DNA from: Vicinamibacterales bacterium
GTDB taxonomy: Bacteria; Acidobacteriota; Vicinamibacteria; Vicinamibacterales; UBA8438
Length of the DNA stretch: 64,000 nucleotides
Assembly (NCBI GenBank): GCA_963666855.2
Contig: CAXXTG010000171.1
Location: 3,943 to 67,942, forward strand
Reading direction: 5' to 3'
Shown here: piece after piece, positions 8,547 through 20,194 of the stretch
Layout of the letters: each line of letters starts with the position of its first letter
Numbering within the stretch: position 1 is the stretch's first letter
The notes under the pieces: model-generated
Told to the model about the DNA's origin: nothing
The model's input: only the letters and a program-made list of their open reading frames with translations
The model's database searches: none
Position numbers and translations under genes: made by a program

Positions 8547-11141
8547 TCAGAACTCCAGCGGCTGGCAGGGGCCGTTGCTGGTCTCGGTCCTCGATCGCTC
8601 GCGTCCGTCGACCGCCACGAGGTCGGACGCGCGGTAGAACGTCAGCACGAGTCCCTTCGTGCTGCGGCACGTCGGCTCCGCCGGCTCGTCGCCGGCCTCG
8701 GGCGGCTCGTCGGGCTCGGCCTCCTCGACGATTTCGACCGGCGCGCCCTCCATGTCGTAGCGCCCCTCGACCTCATGGTACATGAGAGTCCCGCCGGTCG
8801 CCCACCGGCCGTCCAGCCGAAGCTGCACGGTGCCGTTCGAGGCCAGCCGGTCCAGGGTCCGGCCGTCGGCCTGCAGAAACACCTCCGTCTTCTCGGCCGC
8901 GAGGTCGCCGTGATCGGAGCGGAGCACGGCCGAGCCCTCGTAGACGGCGTGCCGGGCCTCGTCGTCGTAGACGAAGCTGTCGGCGGCGGCGTCCGTGCGC
9001 GAGACGACGGTGTCCCCCGTCTCCTCGTCGATGCGGACGAGCTGGATGGTCGTCCGCGCCGACCCGTTGATGGAGAGGCCCCCGGTGGCGTGGTTGATGG
9101 CGATCGTCCCGCCCTCGAAGCTCGTATCGCCCTGCCACATCCGGACCTGCCCACCGTAGGTGACCTCGCGCGAGTCGTTGTCGTAGTCCGCCGTGTCGGC
9201 CCGGATGTTGATTCTCTGCGTCCGCTCCATGAGGGCGGGCACCTTGTCCTCGTCGTCTCCGCCCGGGCCGTCCCCGGGCGGCGCGATGACGGTCTGCACG
9301 CCGCCCGACCCCGACACCCTCGACCCGTCCAGGGCGACCTCGAGGTTCCCTCCCGCCTCGATCGTGCGGTTGCCGTCGACGAGGACCGCCGGCGGGCCGG
9401 CGGCGACGTCCGGCGGGGACCCGCCGTCCGGTGGAGACTCGCCGTCCGGCGGAGGCCCGCCGTCCGGCGGAGGCCCGCCGTCCGGCGGAGGCCCGCCGTC
9501 CGGCGGAGGCCCGCCCTCCGGCGGAGGCCCGCCCTCCGGCGGAGGCCCGCCCTCCGGCGGAGGCCCGCCGTCCGGCGGAGGCCCGCCCTCCGGCGGAGGC
9601 TCTCCGTCCGGCGAAGGTTCGCCCTCCGAGGCGGACTCGGCCTCCGATGAAGATCCACCGCTCGGCAGAGATTCGGCGTCCGGCGAGAGCGTTATCGTCC
9701 CCCCCAGCAGATCGTAGGCGGCGCTGGCCGCCTCGGCCCGGCGGGTCTCGTCCTCGAACCGGACTCCGCCGTGGAACCGCACGTCGAGCAGACCGATCAG
9801 CCCCCGGCCCACGCCGGCTTCGAACCGCTCGGCGCGCACGGTCCGGGTGACCGCCGCCGCGTCCGCCGACGCCTCGTGCCGCTCGCGATACGCGACCCCG
9901 CCGTCCAGGCGGACCGCGGTCAGCCCGGTATCGGGGGTCCCGGCGGCGGTGAGGGTCCGGGCGCGAATCTCCTGGCCGGGTTCGCCGGGATTCACGGGGA
10001 GCCGCAGGAATACACCGCCGCCGGCGTCCAGCCCGACGACCTCGGCCCGGCCCGGGGCCATAAGCACGTCCATCGTGTCGCTCTCGATCCGCGAGCCTTC
10101 CCCGCCGTCCGCGCCCACCAGCTCGACGACCGACCGCCCGGTCAGGACGACCCGCCGGAGCTGCCGCGTGGCCGGGTCGAACGCCACGGTGGTCTCGTCC
10201 GCCGCCGACTCGCGCAGCCCCCCGTCGCCCGCGCCGGCGGAACGGATGCGGACGTCACCGAGCAGCTCCATCGATTCGAGCGCGTCCTCTCCTTCCCCGA
10301 AGTACGCGGTCGCGGACTCGGCGACGATGGTCATCCCGCCGGTCCGGATGCGCGCCCCGCCGTCGAAGCGCATGTAGCGGTCGGCGTCGGCGAGGATGGC
10401 GTGCGGGGCGGCGACATCGACCGCCGCCCTGTCCGCGTCGCCGGTCAACCGCACCCCGGCGGCGCCGTCGAGGGTGATGACTCCCCGCGCCCGGTCCTGA
10501 ACGACGTCGTTCCCGACCGCCTCCAGGCCGGCGCGCACCAGCTTCGTCGGACCCGCCGGATCGTGCATGGTGACGAGGTCGCGGGCCTCCGTGTAACGGG
10601 CCCGGCCGGTCTGCGCGGACAACCCGCCGTCATCGGCCATGCGCACGCCGCCGCTCACCGTGAAGTCGCTCTGACCGTCCTCGACGAGCGCCTCCGACGC
10701 GGTCATCGTGAACCCCTCCCGGTCGCCGCGGGGGGGCACGGTCAGGGCGACGCCGCCGGAGAACCGGGTCGACCCGTCCGAGTACGTCGCCTGCAGCTCG
10801 GCTTCGAGGTGGAAGACGTCCACGTCGCCGTCGCTCCGCACGAACTCGATGCCCGCGCTCTCGCTGACCGCCTCGGGGTCCGCCCGGTCGACGCCGCGGG
10901 CCTCCGTCGAGTCCCGCCGCTCCCGCATGCCGGTGACGAGGAAGAACGCGAAGATGACCAGGCCGCCGGCGATGGCGAGGCGCGCCGTCCGCTGCCACCG
11001 CAGGGGCCGGCGGCGGCGCCGCGCACCGCCCGGGGCGCGCGGGGGGGACGTCGCGGCGCGCCGCCCCGCCCGGCCGCCGGCGTCCGGGGCGGCGGGCGCG
11101 CCGGGGCGGGCGGCGTCCGGCCGGATGGGTCCATCGTCCAT
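8547..11141 (-). CDS. Fused LptC/LptA-like (multi OstA-domain) periplasmic protein with an internal GGPPP(D/E) repeat
   Basis: 864 aa from ATG 11141. It has one N-terminal TM helix ([18 protein letters not shown]) and several beta-jellyroll-like segments of the OstA/LptA/LptC type (alternating D/G/T/V-rich strands). It occupies the lptC-lptA position upstream of lptB. The family assignment rests on composition and synteny, not on a search. Confidence 0.7.
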   Translation of the reverse strand: MDDGPIRPDAARPGAPAAPDAGGRAGRRAATSPPRAPGGARRRRRPLRWQRTARLAIAGGLVIFAFFLVTGMRERRDSTEARGVDRADPEAVSESAGIEFVRSDGDVDVFHLEAELQATYSDGSTRFSGGVALTVPPRGDREGFTMTASEALVEDGQSDFTVSGGVRMADDGGLSAQTGRARYTEARDLVTMHDPAGPTKLVRAGLEAVGNDVVQDRARGVITLDGAAGVRLTGDADRAAVDVAAPHAILADADRYMRFDGGARIRTGGMTIVAESATAYFGEGEDALESMELLGDVRIRSAGAGDGGLRESAADETTVAFDPATRQLRRVVLTGRSVVELVGADGGEGSRIESDTMDVLMAPGRAEVVGLDAGGGVFLRLPVNPGEPGQEIRARTLTAAGTPDTGLTAVRLDGGVAYRERHEASADAAAVTRTVRAERFEAGVGRGLIGLLDVRFHGGVRFEDETRRAEAASAAYDLLGGTITLSPDAESLPSGGSSSEAESASEGEPSPDGEPPPEGGPPPDGGPPPEGGPPPEGGPPPEGGPPPDGGPPPDGGPPPDGGPPPDGESPPDGGSPPDVAAGPPAVLVDGNRTIEAGGNLEVALDGSRVSGSGGVQTVIAPPGDGPGGDDEDKVPALMERTQRINIRADTADYDNDSREVTYGGQVRMWQGDTSFEGGTIAINHATGGLSINGSARTTIQLVRIDEETGDTVVSRTDAAADSFVYDDEARHAVYEGSAVLRSDHGDLAAEKTEVFLQADGRTLDRLASNGTVQLRLDGRWATGGTLMYHEVEGRYDMEGAPVEIVEEAEPDEPPEAGDEPAEPTCRSTKGLVLTFYRASDLVAVDGRERSRTETSNGPCQPLEF
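9408..9641. repeat. 13 x 18-bp tandem repeat (GTCCGGCGGAGGCCCGCC on the plus strand) encoding GGPPP(D/E) hexapeptides
   Basis: Units read off at 9408, 9426, 9444 ... 9624. Units 3-10 are identical except for G/C at the first base. The edge units are degenerate. Confidence 0.95.
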
Positions 11142-11148
11142 GATGATC

Positions 11149-11177
11149 ACTCTATCGGGCTTGCGCGGCGCCGGCAA
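11149..11177 (-). promoter_or_regulatory. Candidate sigma-70 promoter of the lpt-rpoN operon, leaderless configuration
   Basis: On the minus strand: TTGCCG (11177-11172), 17 nt, TAGAGT (11154-11149), 7 nt, ATG 11141. There is no Shine-Dalgarno sequence. Confidence 0.35.
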
Positions 11178-11269
11178 ACCGGCGACGCGCGCGGGCCGTC
11201 GGCGACGCGCCGCCGCCGCGGCGCGCCGCCCGCGGGCCGGGCCGGGCGCGCGTGTAGTACCATGCACCC

Positions 11270-11515
11270 GTGCAGCAGCCCCTCACGCCGGTCATCATCG
11301 AGCTGGCGGAGCCGGCGACGGAGGAGATTACCGTCGCCGACATCCTCATCGGCGCGTTCAGCTTCACCGGCGTCCTGCTGCTGGTCGCGGCGGCCCTGGC
11401 CCTGCTCGTGGCCGGCGGCCTCATCGGGCTCCGACGGCTCCGGCCCGAGAACCCCCTCAACGGGGACGGCGCGAACCGGACCGGCCTGGGCCTCCAGCCG
11501 CCGCCGCGCCGGTAG
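11270..11515 (+). CDS. Hypothetical small membrane protein (one TM helix)
   Basis: 81-codon ORF with a GTG start and very high third-position GC. Hydrophobic core ILIGAFSFTGVLLLVAAALALLVAGGLIGL. No recognisable family. Confidence 0.5.
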   Translation: MQQPLTPVIIELAEPATEEITVADILIGAFSFTGVLLLVAAALALLVAGGLIGLRRLRPENPLNGDGANRTGLGLQPPPRR

Positions 11516-11684
11516 CGGAATCCGCGCCCCGCCGATCGTCGCCCGGAGGGTGCCGCTCGGCGCCCCACCGATCCCGCGGAGTCCGCGCCGCGCCACGGCC
11601 CGGACCTCCCGGGTACCCGCCGCGTTCGGCCGACGATGCCGCGCCGCGCCTGACCGGACTCGGCGATCGGCCGCCGCCCGGGCG

Positions 11685-13451
11685 TCAATCGGGGTTCCCC
11701 GCCGGCGCGCCGCCGGCCTCCCCCGGCCGGATGTCGGCCACCGACAGCTCGATGGTGCGCTCTCCCCGCCAGGTGTTCTCGCTCAGGTGGAACGCGAGGT
11801 CGAGGGCGTCCCCGTGGCGCTTGACGAAGTCCTCGCGGTCGGCCATGCGCCAGGCGACGGCGCGGAACACCCGGCCCCGCTGCCTCACCCGCATCGCGAG
11901 GTGCCGGGACTTCAGCACCCGGGGGGCGTCCGCGAGCTGCAGCGTCCCGGAATGGAACACCGGCCGGGGGTTGCCGGCGCCGAAGGGCTCCATCGCCCGC
12001 AGCCCCGCCATCATGCCGGGGGTGATGCCGGCCAGGGGCAGGCGCCCGTCGACCCGGAGCCGCGGCATGAGCTGCTCGGGACCGAGCCGGTCGTCCGCGA
12101 ACGCGGTGAGCCGCCGACGCAGCTCCGCGAGGCGGCCCGACTCTAGGGTGACGCCGGCCGCGTGGCGGTGCCCGCCGTACCGGGTGAATAGATCGCCGCA
12201 GTGGTCCAGGGCTCCGAGCAGGTCGAATCCGGGGATGCTGCGGCCCGAGCCGTAGGCCACGCCGTCCTCCACCGCGAGGACGACGGCCGGGCGGTGGAAG
12301 TGGTCGACGAGCTTCGACGCGACGATGCCGATGACCCCGCGGTGCCATCCCGCCCCCCAGACGACGAGGATCGCGTGGGCCCCCACGTCCGGGTCCGAAT
12401 CCACCCTGCGCCGGGCCGCGGCCAGGATCTCCGCCTCCTCCTCCCGGCGCCGGAGGTTCACCGCCTCGAGCTGGCCGGCCAGGTCCTGCGCCTCGGCCTC
12501 CCGGTCGTCGTCGGTCAGGAGCAGCAGCCGCGTCGCCAGGTCCGGCGTGCTCATCCGGCCCGCCGCGTTGATGCGCGGGGCGAGCCGGAACGCGACGTGG
12601 AAGCCGGTCAGGCTCTCGCCCAGCAGCCCCGCGGAATCGAGGAGGGCCCGCAGCCCGACGGCGTGGCGCTTCCGCGACAGCCGTTCCAGGCCCAGCTTGG
12701 CGATGACCCGGTTCTCCCCCCGGAGGGGGACGACGTCGGCGACGGTGCCCACCGCGGCCAGCTTGACGAAGGCCGGCAGCCACCCCGCCCGGTCGCTGCG
12801 CAGGCACAGGGCCTGCACGAGCTTGAGGGCGACGCCGACCCCCGCGAGATTCTTGTCGGGATAGTCGCAGTCCCGCCGCTTGGGGTTGATGACCGCGAGG
12901 GCCGGCGGCAGCGCCGCCTCGGGCTCGTGGTGGTCGGTGACGATCAGGTCGACGCCGAGCTCCCGCGCCCGCGCCGCCGCCGCCTGGCTGCGGATGCCGC
13001 AGTCGGCCGAGACCACCACCGCGGCCCCCCGCGCGGCGAGGCGCTCCACCGCCGCCGGCTCGAGCCCGTAGCCGTCCTTCAACCGCTCCGGAATGAAGTG
13101 GATGACGTCCGCGCCGAGCAGATCGAGGACCCGGCGGAGGATGACCGTCGACGTCACCCCGTCGACGTCGTAGTCGCCGTGGATCGCGATGCGCTCCCCC
13201 CTCTCGATGGCCCGCTGCAGCCGGTCGACGGCCAGCGGAAGATCCGCGAGCCGGAACGGATCGTGGAGGTGGTCGATGCGGGGATCGAGGAAGCGTCCCG
13301 CCTCGTCGGCGGTGTCGATGCCGCGCTGGACGAGCAGCCGGGCGACGACCGGATCGAGGTCCAAGGCCGCGGCCAGCTCCCCGGCCCGGCGTTCGTCGAC
13401 GTCCGGGTACTCCCAGATCAACCGGGGCGGCGACGGGGCTGGCCGGTTCAT
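11685..13451 (-). CDS. recJ: Single-stranded-DNA-specific exonuclease RecJ
   Basis: DHH family motifs (IHGDYDVDGVTS, VSADCG, VTDHHEP) and DHHA1 GGHRHAAG. Confidence 0.94.
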   Translation of the reverse strand: MNRPAPSPPRLIWEYPDVDERRAGELAAALDLDPVVARLLVQRGIDTADEAGRFLDPRIDHLHDPFRLADLPLAVDRLQRAIERGERIAIHGDYDVDGVTSTVILRRVLDLLGADVIHFIPERLKDGYGLEPAAVERLAARGAAVVVSADCGIRSQAAAARARELGVDLIVTDHHEPEAALPPALAVINPKRRDCDYPDKNLAGVGVALKLVQALCLRSDRAGWLPAFVKLAAVGTVADVVPLRGENRVIAKLGLERLSRKRHAVGLRALLDSAGLLGESLTGFHVAFRLAPRINAAGRMSTPDLATRLLLLTDDDREAEAQDLAGQLEAVNLRRREEEAEILAAARRRVDSDPDVGAHAILVVWGAGWHRGVIGIVASKLVDHFHRPAVVLAVEDGVAYGSGRSIPGFDLLGALDHCGDLFTRYGGHRHAAGVTLESGRLAELRRRLTAFADDRLGPEQLMPRLRVDGRLPLAGITPGMMAGLRAMEPFGAGNPRPVFHSGTLQLADAPRVLKSRHLAMRVRQRGRVFRAVAWRMADREDFVKRHGDALDLAFHLSENTWRGERTIELSVADIRPGEAGGAPAGNPD

Positions 13452-13461
13452 GCCGGCGGGC

Positions 13462-16400
13462 TCACGTCCACGAGACGGTTCCCTGTCCGCAGATCTGCTC
13501 GGCGGCGCGGGCGAGCTGCTCGGAGGGGCGGATGCGGGCCTCCGTCAGCCTCGCCTCGACCCGCAGCGGCGGACGGCGCCCGGGCAGCTCGAGACGGAGG
13601 CGGATCCAGCTCGGACCGCGGTGCAGGTCGAAGAGGTCGGCCAGCGCCCGCAGCGTGTCGCGGCCGTGCCGATTCGCGGAGAGGCGTATCGACAGCGTGC
13701 GTCCCACCGCCCCCCGCAGGCTCTCGATGGGCCGCACGTCCTCGGCCATCACCCGGGGGACCTCCTCGCCGCGGTCGAGGCGGCCCGACACGACCACGAG
13801 CCGGTCGGCGTCCAGCACGCCCCCGCAACGCTCGTAGGTCTTCGGGAAGACGACGACCTCCACGCTGCCGGTGCGGTCCTCGAGCGTGAAGACGGCCATC
13901 GGGGCCCCCTGCCGGGTCTTCCGCTGACGGTATCCGCTGATGATGCCCCCGACGAACACCGCGGCGTCGGCCGCCCCCGGCGAATCCAGGGTGCGGGCCC
14001 CGGCCGCCTCGAGCTGGTCGCGGTAGTCGTCGATGGGGTGGCCGCTGAGGTAGAGCCCCAGAGACTCCTTCTCGAAGGCGAGCTGCTGCGCGCCGGTCCA
14101 GGGCTCGACGTCGGGCAGCCGGGTGTCGGCCGCGGGGTCCCCCCCGGCGTCCATCGCGTCGAACAACTGCGCCTGCCCCCGCTCGCGGTCCCGCTGCACG
14201 CGGTTGCCGTGCTCCAGCGCGCGGTCCGCGACCGCGAGAAGCCGCGCCCGGCGGTCGGGGGGACGGCGCCCCCCCGGCGTGCCGACGGAGTCGAGGGCCC
14301 CCGCCTTGACGAGGCTCTCGAAGACCCGCTTGTTGACCAGTCGCAGGTCGATGTCCTCGCACAGCCGGAAGAGCGACTCGATGCGGCCGTGCCGCTCCCG
14401 GCAGGCGAGGATCGAGGCGATGGCGCCCCCGCCGACGTTCTTGACGGCGGTGAGGCCGAAGCGGATGCCCTCGGGGGCGACCCGGAACCGCATCGCGCTC
14501 GCGTTGAGGTCGGGGCCGAGCACGGGGATCCCCATGTCGCGGCACTCCCCCAGGTACGTCGCGAGCTTGTCGGTGTTCTGCGCCTCTATCGTCATCAGCG
14601 CGGCCATGAAGTGCCGGGGGTAGTTGGCCTTCAGCCACGCGGTCTGGTACGCGAGGAGGGCGTAGGTGGTCGAATGCGACTTGTTGAAGCCGTAGCCGGC
14701 GAAGAACTCGATGAACTTGAAGATGTTGGCGGCCTGGCCCGCGGGCAGCTCCCGCGCCACCGCGCCCTCGATGAACTTCTCGCGCTGCGCCTGCATGACC
14801 GCCGCGTCCTTCTTCCCCATCGCCTTGCGCAGGAGGTCGGCGTCGCCCATCGTGAAGCCGGCGAGGTCGCCCGCGATGCGCATGACCTGTTCCTGGTACG
14901 CGATGACCCCGTAGGTCTCCCGCAGGATCGGCTCGAGGCCGGGCGCGTCGTACTCGATGGCCTCGCGGCCGTGGCGGCGGTTGATGAAGCGGTCGACGAC
15001 GCCGCCCTGGAGCGGACCCGGGCGGTAGAGGGCGTTCAAGGCGATGAGGTCCTCGAACCGCTGCGGCTTCGCCTTCCGCAGGGTGTCGCGCATGCCCGAG
15101 CTCTCGAACTGGAAGATGCCCAGGGTCTGCCCGTCGCAGAAGATCTGGTAGGTCTTCGCGTCGTCCATCGGCAGGCGGTCGAGGGCGATGGACTCGCCGG
15201 TCGTCTCGCGGATGTGGTCGACCGCGTCGTGCAGCAGGGTCAGGGTGCTCAGCCCCAGGAAGTCCATCTTGAGCAGGCCCATCCGCTCGACCTGCTTCAT
15301 GGCCCACTGGGTGGTGATCTCCTCCTTCTGGCTCTTGTAGACGGGGGCGAACTCGGTCACCGGGCGGGGGGTGATGACCACCCCGGCGGCGTGCACCGAG
15401 GCGTGGCGGGTGATGCCCTCCAGGCGCCGCGCCACCGACACCAGCTCCTTGACCTGCGGGTCCCGCCGCTCCAGGTTCTTGAGCTCCGGGCTCTCCTCGA
15501 GGGCCTTGTCGAGGGTCATGTTGAGGGCCGGCGGAATCTGCTTCGCGACCCGGTCGACGTCGGCGTAGGACATGCCCATCGTCCGGCCCACGTCCCGCAC
15601 CACGGCGCGGGCCTTCATGGTGCCGAAAGTGATGATCTGGGCCACGTTGTCCCGCCCGTACTTGCGGGTGACGTAGTCGATGACCTCGCCGCGGCGGCGC
15701 TCGCAGAAGTCGATGTCGATGTCGGGCAGCGAGACGCGCTCCGGATTGAGGAAGCGCTCGAAGATCAGGTCGAACTGCATCGGGTCGACGTCGGTGATCT
15801 GCAGACACCACGCGACCAGGCTGCCCGCCGCCGACCCCCGGCCGGGACCCACCGGAATGCCCTGCTCGCGGGCGTAGCGGATGAAGTCCCAGACGATGAG
15901 GAAGTAGCCCGGGTAGCGCATCTTGACGATGACGCCGATCTCGTAGGCGAGCCGGGCCTCGTAGTCGGCGACGGGGTGCTTCAGCCCCCCCTCGCCGGCC
16001 CGCCGCCGCAGCGTCTCGAGGCGCTGTGCGAAACCCTCCCGGGTCACGTGCTCGAAGTAGCCGTCGACCGTGAACCCGTCGGGGACCTCGAAGTTCGGCA
16101 GGTGGTTCTCGTCCGACGCGAGGGTCACGTCGCAGCGCTCGGCGATCGCCACCGTGTTCGAGAGCGCGGCCGGATAGTCGCCGAACACCGCGCGCATCTC
16201 GTCGCCGGTCTTCAGGTAGAACTGGTCCCCGTGATAGCGCAGCCGCCGCTCGTCGTCGACGTTCTTGCCGGTGCCGATGCAGAGCAGGACGTCGTGGGGG
16301 CGGCGGTCCTCCCGCTTCAGGTAGTGCACGTCGTTGGTGCAGACGAGGGGCAGGTCGAGGTCGCGGGCCATCGGCAGCAGCCCGGTGTTCACCACCCGCT

Positions 16401-16947
16401 GCTCGTCGATGCCCTGGTACTGCATCTCCAGGAAGAAGTTGCCGGGGCCGAGGATGTCCCGGTACGTCGCGGCCGCGTCGCGGGCCCGCTTCGGCTGCTC
16501 GGTGCGGAGGCCCGTCGCCACCTCCCCCTTCAGGCAACTGCTGAGGCCGACGAGCCCCTCCGCGTGCCGGGCCAGCAGCTCCTTGTCGATCCGGGGCTTG
16601 TAGTAGAACCCCTCGGTGTACCCGGCCGAGACCAGCTTGATGAGGTTGTGGTAGCCGGTGAGGTTCTCGGCCAGGAGCACCAGGTGGTTGTTGGTCTCCC
16701 CCGGCGTGCCGCTCCGGTCGCGGCGGCTGCCCGGGGCGACGTACACCTCGCACCCGAGGATCGGCTTGACGCCCCGCTTCCGCGCCTCGTCGTGGAACAC
16801 CACGCTCGAGAACATGTTGCCGTGCTCGGTGACGGCGAGGGCCGGCGCGCCGGCCTCCGCGGCGTGGTCGAGCAGCTCGCCGATGCGGCAGGCGCCGTCG
16901 AGCAGCGAGTACTCCGTGTGGAGGTGCAGATGGACGAACTCGGTCAT
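13462..16947 (-). CDS. dnaE: DNA polymerase III alpha subunit
   Basis: 1161 aa. PHP domain FVHLHLHTEYSLLDGA, polymerase core (GLLKMDFLGL, FESSGM), HhH and OB-fold tail. Confidence 0.96.
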   Translation of the reverse strand: MTEFVHLHLHTEYSLLDGACRIGELLDHAAEAGAPALAVTEHGNMFSSVVFHDEARKRGVKPILGCEVYVAPGSRRDRSGTPGETNNHLVLLAENLTGYHNLIKLVSAGYTEGFYYKPRIDKELLARHAEGLVGLSSCLKGEVATGLRTEQPKRARDAAATYRDILGPGNFFLEMQYQGIDEQRVVNTGLLPMARDLDLPLVCTNDVHYLKREDRRPHDVLLCIGTGKNVDDERRLRYHGDQFYLKTGDEMRAVFGDYPAALSNTVAIAERCDVTLASDENHLPNFEVPDGFTVDGYFEHVTREGFAQRLETLRRRAGEGGLKHPVADYEARLAYEIGVIVKMRYPGYFLIVWDFIRYAREQGIPVGPGRGSAAGSLVAWCLQITDVDPMQFDLIFERFLNPERVSLPDIDIDFCERRRGEVIDYVTRKYGRDNVAQIITFGTMKARAVVRDVGRTMGMSYADVDRVAKQIPPALNMTLDKALEESPELKNLERRDPQVKELVSVARRLEGITRHASVHAAGVVITPRPVTEFAPVYKSQKEEITTQWAMKQVERMGLLKMDFLGLSTLTLLHDAVDHIRETTGESIALDRLPMDDAKTYQIFCDGQTLGIFQFESSGMRDTLRKAKPQRFEDLIALNALYRPGPLQGGVVDRFINRRHGREAIEYDAPGLEPILRETYGVIAYQEQVMRIAGDLAGFTMGDADLLRKAMGKKDAAVMQAQREKFIEGAVARELPAGQAANIFKFIEFFAGYGFNKSHSTTYALLAYQTAWLKANYPRHFMAALMTIEAQNTDKLATYLGECRDMGIPVLGPDLNASAMRFRVAPEGIRFGLTAVKNVGGGAIASILACRERHGRIESLFRLCEDIDLRLVNKRVFESLVKAGALDSVGTPGGRRPPDRRARLLAVADRALEHGNRVQRDRERGQAQLFDAMDAGGDPAADTRLPDVEPWTGAQQLAFEKESLGLYLSGHPIDDYRDQLEAAGARTLDSPGAADAAVFVGGIISGYRQRKTRQGAPMAVFTLEDRTGSVEVVVFPKTYERCGGVLDADRLVVVSGRLDRGEEVPRVMAEDVRPIESLRGAVGRTLSIRLSANRHGRDTLRALADLFDLHRGPSWIRLRLELPGRRPPLRVEARLTEARIRPSEQLARAAEQICGQGTVSWT

Positions 16948-17021
16948 GGGCTGCCGCTCGTTCGCGTGTCGCTCCCGCTATCGGTCCGCGGTGGACGGAC
17001 GCGCCCGCGGCGCGCCGTCGG

Positions 17022-18560
<1,539 letters not shown>

Positions 18561-18706
18561 GCGGGCGACCGGATGATGCGGGACGGGTTGCCGATGCGGC
18601 TGACCGGTGCCGGGTCCAGACGCGCGGATTACCCGACGCCCGGCCCGCGAGGCCCTATTATAATGGCATACGGCCGCAGGCAACCACCATATCTTGTAGT
18701 CCACCG

Positions 18707-20023
18707 ATGAGGATCGCCATCGGACGCGTCTCGGCCGCCGTCCTCGCCGCCTCCCTGCTGTCGGGCGCGGCGTCCGGGGGGCAGCGTCCGGGGACGCCCG
18801 AACCGCGCCCCGGCCCGCCGTCCACGTGGCTGCCCGTCGCCACCCGGTGGACGGCCACCCTGCCCGCACCCGCGTCCGCACCTCCCGTCGCGGCGGGCGA
18901 TCGGCTCTTCGCGGCGCTCTTCGACGGCGGCGTCGCCGCCGTCAGCCTCGTCCACGGCGCCGATCTGTGGCAGGTCGAGCAGGCCGTGGTCGGGTGGCCC
19001 GCGGCCGGGGACGGCCTGTTCCACGCGGCCACGCCCGGGGGGCTGGTGGCCCTGGACGCGGAGACGGGCGGCGTCCGGTGGGAGGCGGCGCTGGAGGCGC
19101 CCGTCTCCGCGCCGCTGCTGTGGAGGGCCGGCTGGCTGATCGCCGCCCTCGAGAACGAGGCGCTGCTCGCGGTCCACGCCGGGACCGGGGGGACCGTGTG
19201 GCGGCAGACCGTCCCCGGCGGCGTCAGCGTCCCGCCGACCATCGCGGGAGACCGTCTCTACGTGCCCGTCGACAGCGGCCGCATCGCGGTCCTGGAGCTG
19301 CTGACCGGCAACCTGATCTGGGAACGGAGGCTCGGCGGCGCGCCGCGGGGGATCCTCGTCTCGGGGGACCTCTTCGTGGGCGCCACCGACAACTTTTTCT
19401 ATCGCCTGTCCCCCGACGGGGCGCTCCGCTGGCGCTGGCGCGCCGGCGGCGACATCGCGGGCCTCCCCACCGTCGACGACGACAACGTGTACTTCTCTTC
19501 CCTGGACAACACGCTGTGGGCCCTCGACCGCTCGCACGGCGGGCAACGGTGGCGCGAGCTGCTGCCGGTCCGTCCGCAGGCGGGCCCGCGCCGCGCGGAG
19601 GACCTGATCATGCAGGGCGGACTGCGCCGGGAGCTCGGTCTCCACGGCCCGTCGAACGGCGTGGTCTACCATCAGCTCCAGGTCTCCGGAGAACTGGCCT
19701 TCCCCCCGTTGACGGCCGCCGACCCTCTCGGCGACGGGCTGCTCGTCGTCCTCGTCACCGCCGACGGCGAGCTCCAGGCGGTGGGCCGGGCCAGCGGACC
19801 GGCCCGGCTCGATCCGGCCGACACCACGGTTTGGGACAGGCTGTCCCCGGCCGCGGAGGAGACGGACGCCGCCGGCGACGCGGAGGCGACGGACGCCGCC
19901 GGCGACGCGGAAGAAGCCGGCGCCGTCGGCGACGATGCGGAAGCGGTGGACGCCGCCGGCGAGTCCGACGAGGAGGCCGGAACGACGCCGGCGGACGCCC
20001 CGGACCCGGAGCCGCGCCGCTGA
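18707..20023 (+). CDS. Secreted PQQ-like (BamB-like) beta-propeller repeat protein with an acidic repetitive tail
   Basis: Signal peptide without a lipobox Cys, and repeated W-containing blades ([35 protein letters not shown]). The C-terminal D/E/A-rich tail contains a 27-bp duplication at 19861-19914. Confidence 0.75.
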   Translation: MRIAIGRVSAAVLAASLLSGAASGGQRPGTPEPRPGPPSTWLPVATRWTATLPAPASAPPVAAGDRLFAALFDGGVAAVSLVHGADLWQVEQAVVGWPAAGDGLFHAATPGGLVALDAETGGVRWEAALEAPVSAPLLWRAGWLIAALENEALLAVHAGTGGTVWRQTVPGGVSVPPTIAGDRLYVPVDSGRIAVLELLTGNLIWERRLGGAPRGILVSGDLFVGATDNFFYRLSPDGALRWRWRAGGDIAGLPTVDDDNVYFSSLDNTLWALDRSHGGQRWRELLPVRPQAGPRRAEDLIMQGGLRRELGLHGPSNGVVYHQLQVSGELAFPPLTAADPLGDGLLVVLVTADGELQAVGRASGPARLDPADTTVWDRLSPAAEETDAAGDAEATDAAGDAEEAGAVGDDAEAVDAAGESDEEAGTTPADAPDPEPRR

Positions 20024-20113
20024 CCCCGCCGGCCCCGCCGGGCGCCGGCGGCGGCTCGTCCGCGCCCGAGCAATCCCGCAGGAGTCCGCGCCGTCCCACG
20101 GCGCAGAATCCCG

Positions 20114-20133
20114 GGAACGCCGGCGGGCGTTCC
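20114..20133 (+). terminator. GC hairpin downstream of the beta-propeller gene (possible terminator, no U-tract)
   Basis: GGAACGCC-GGCG-GGCGTTCC, an 8-bp perfect stem with a 4-nt loop. Confidence 0.25.
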
Positions 20134-20194
20134 GGCCGGCGGCGCCGGCGCGGCGTCACGGGATGCGGGCGACGCCCCCGACCCGGCCGGGTTC

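Noticed and set aside
8642-9850. Separate collagen-like or Pro/Arg-rich genes across the 18-bp repeat (ORFs 8642..9658, 8775..9650, 9193..9717, 9431..9850).
   Set aside because: All are alternative readings of the same tandem repeat. Only the frame continuous with the flanking OstA-like sequence (8547..11141, minus strand) has non-repetitive, domain-like context on both sides.
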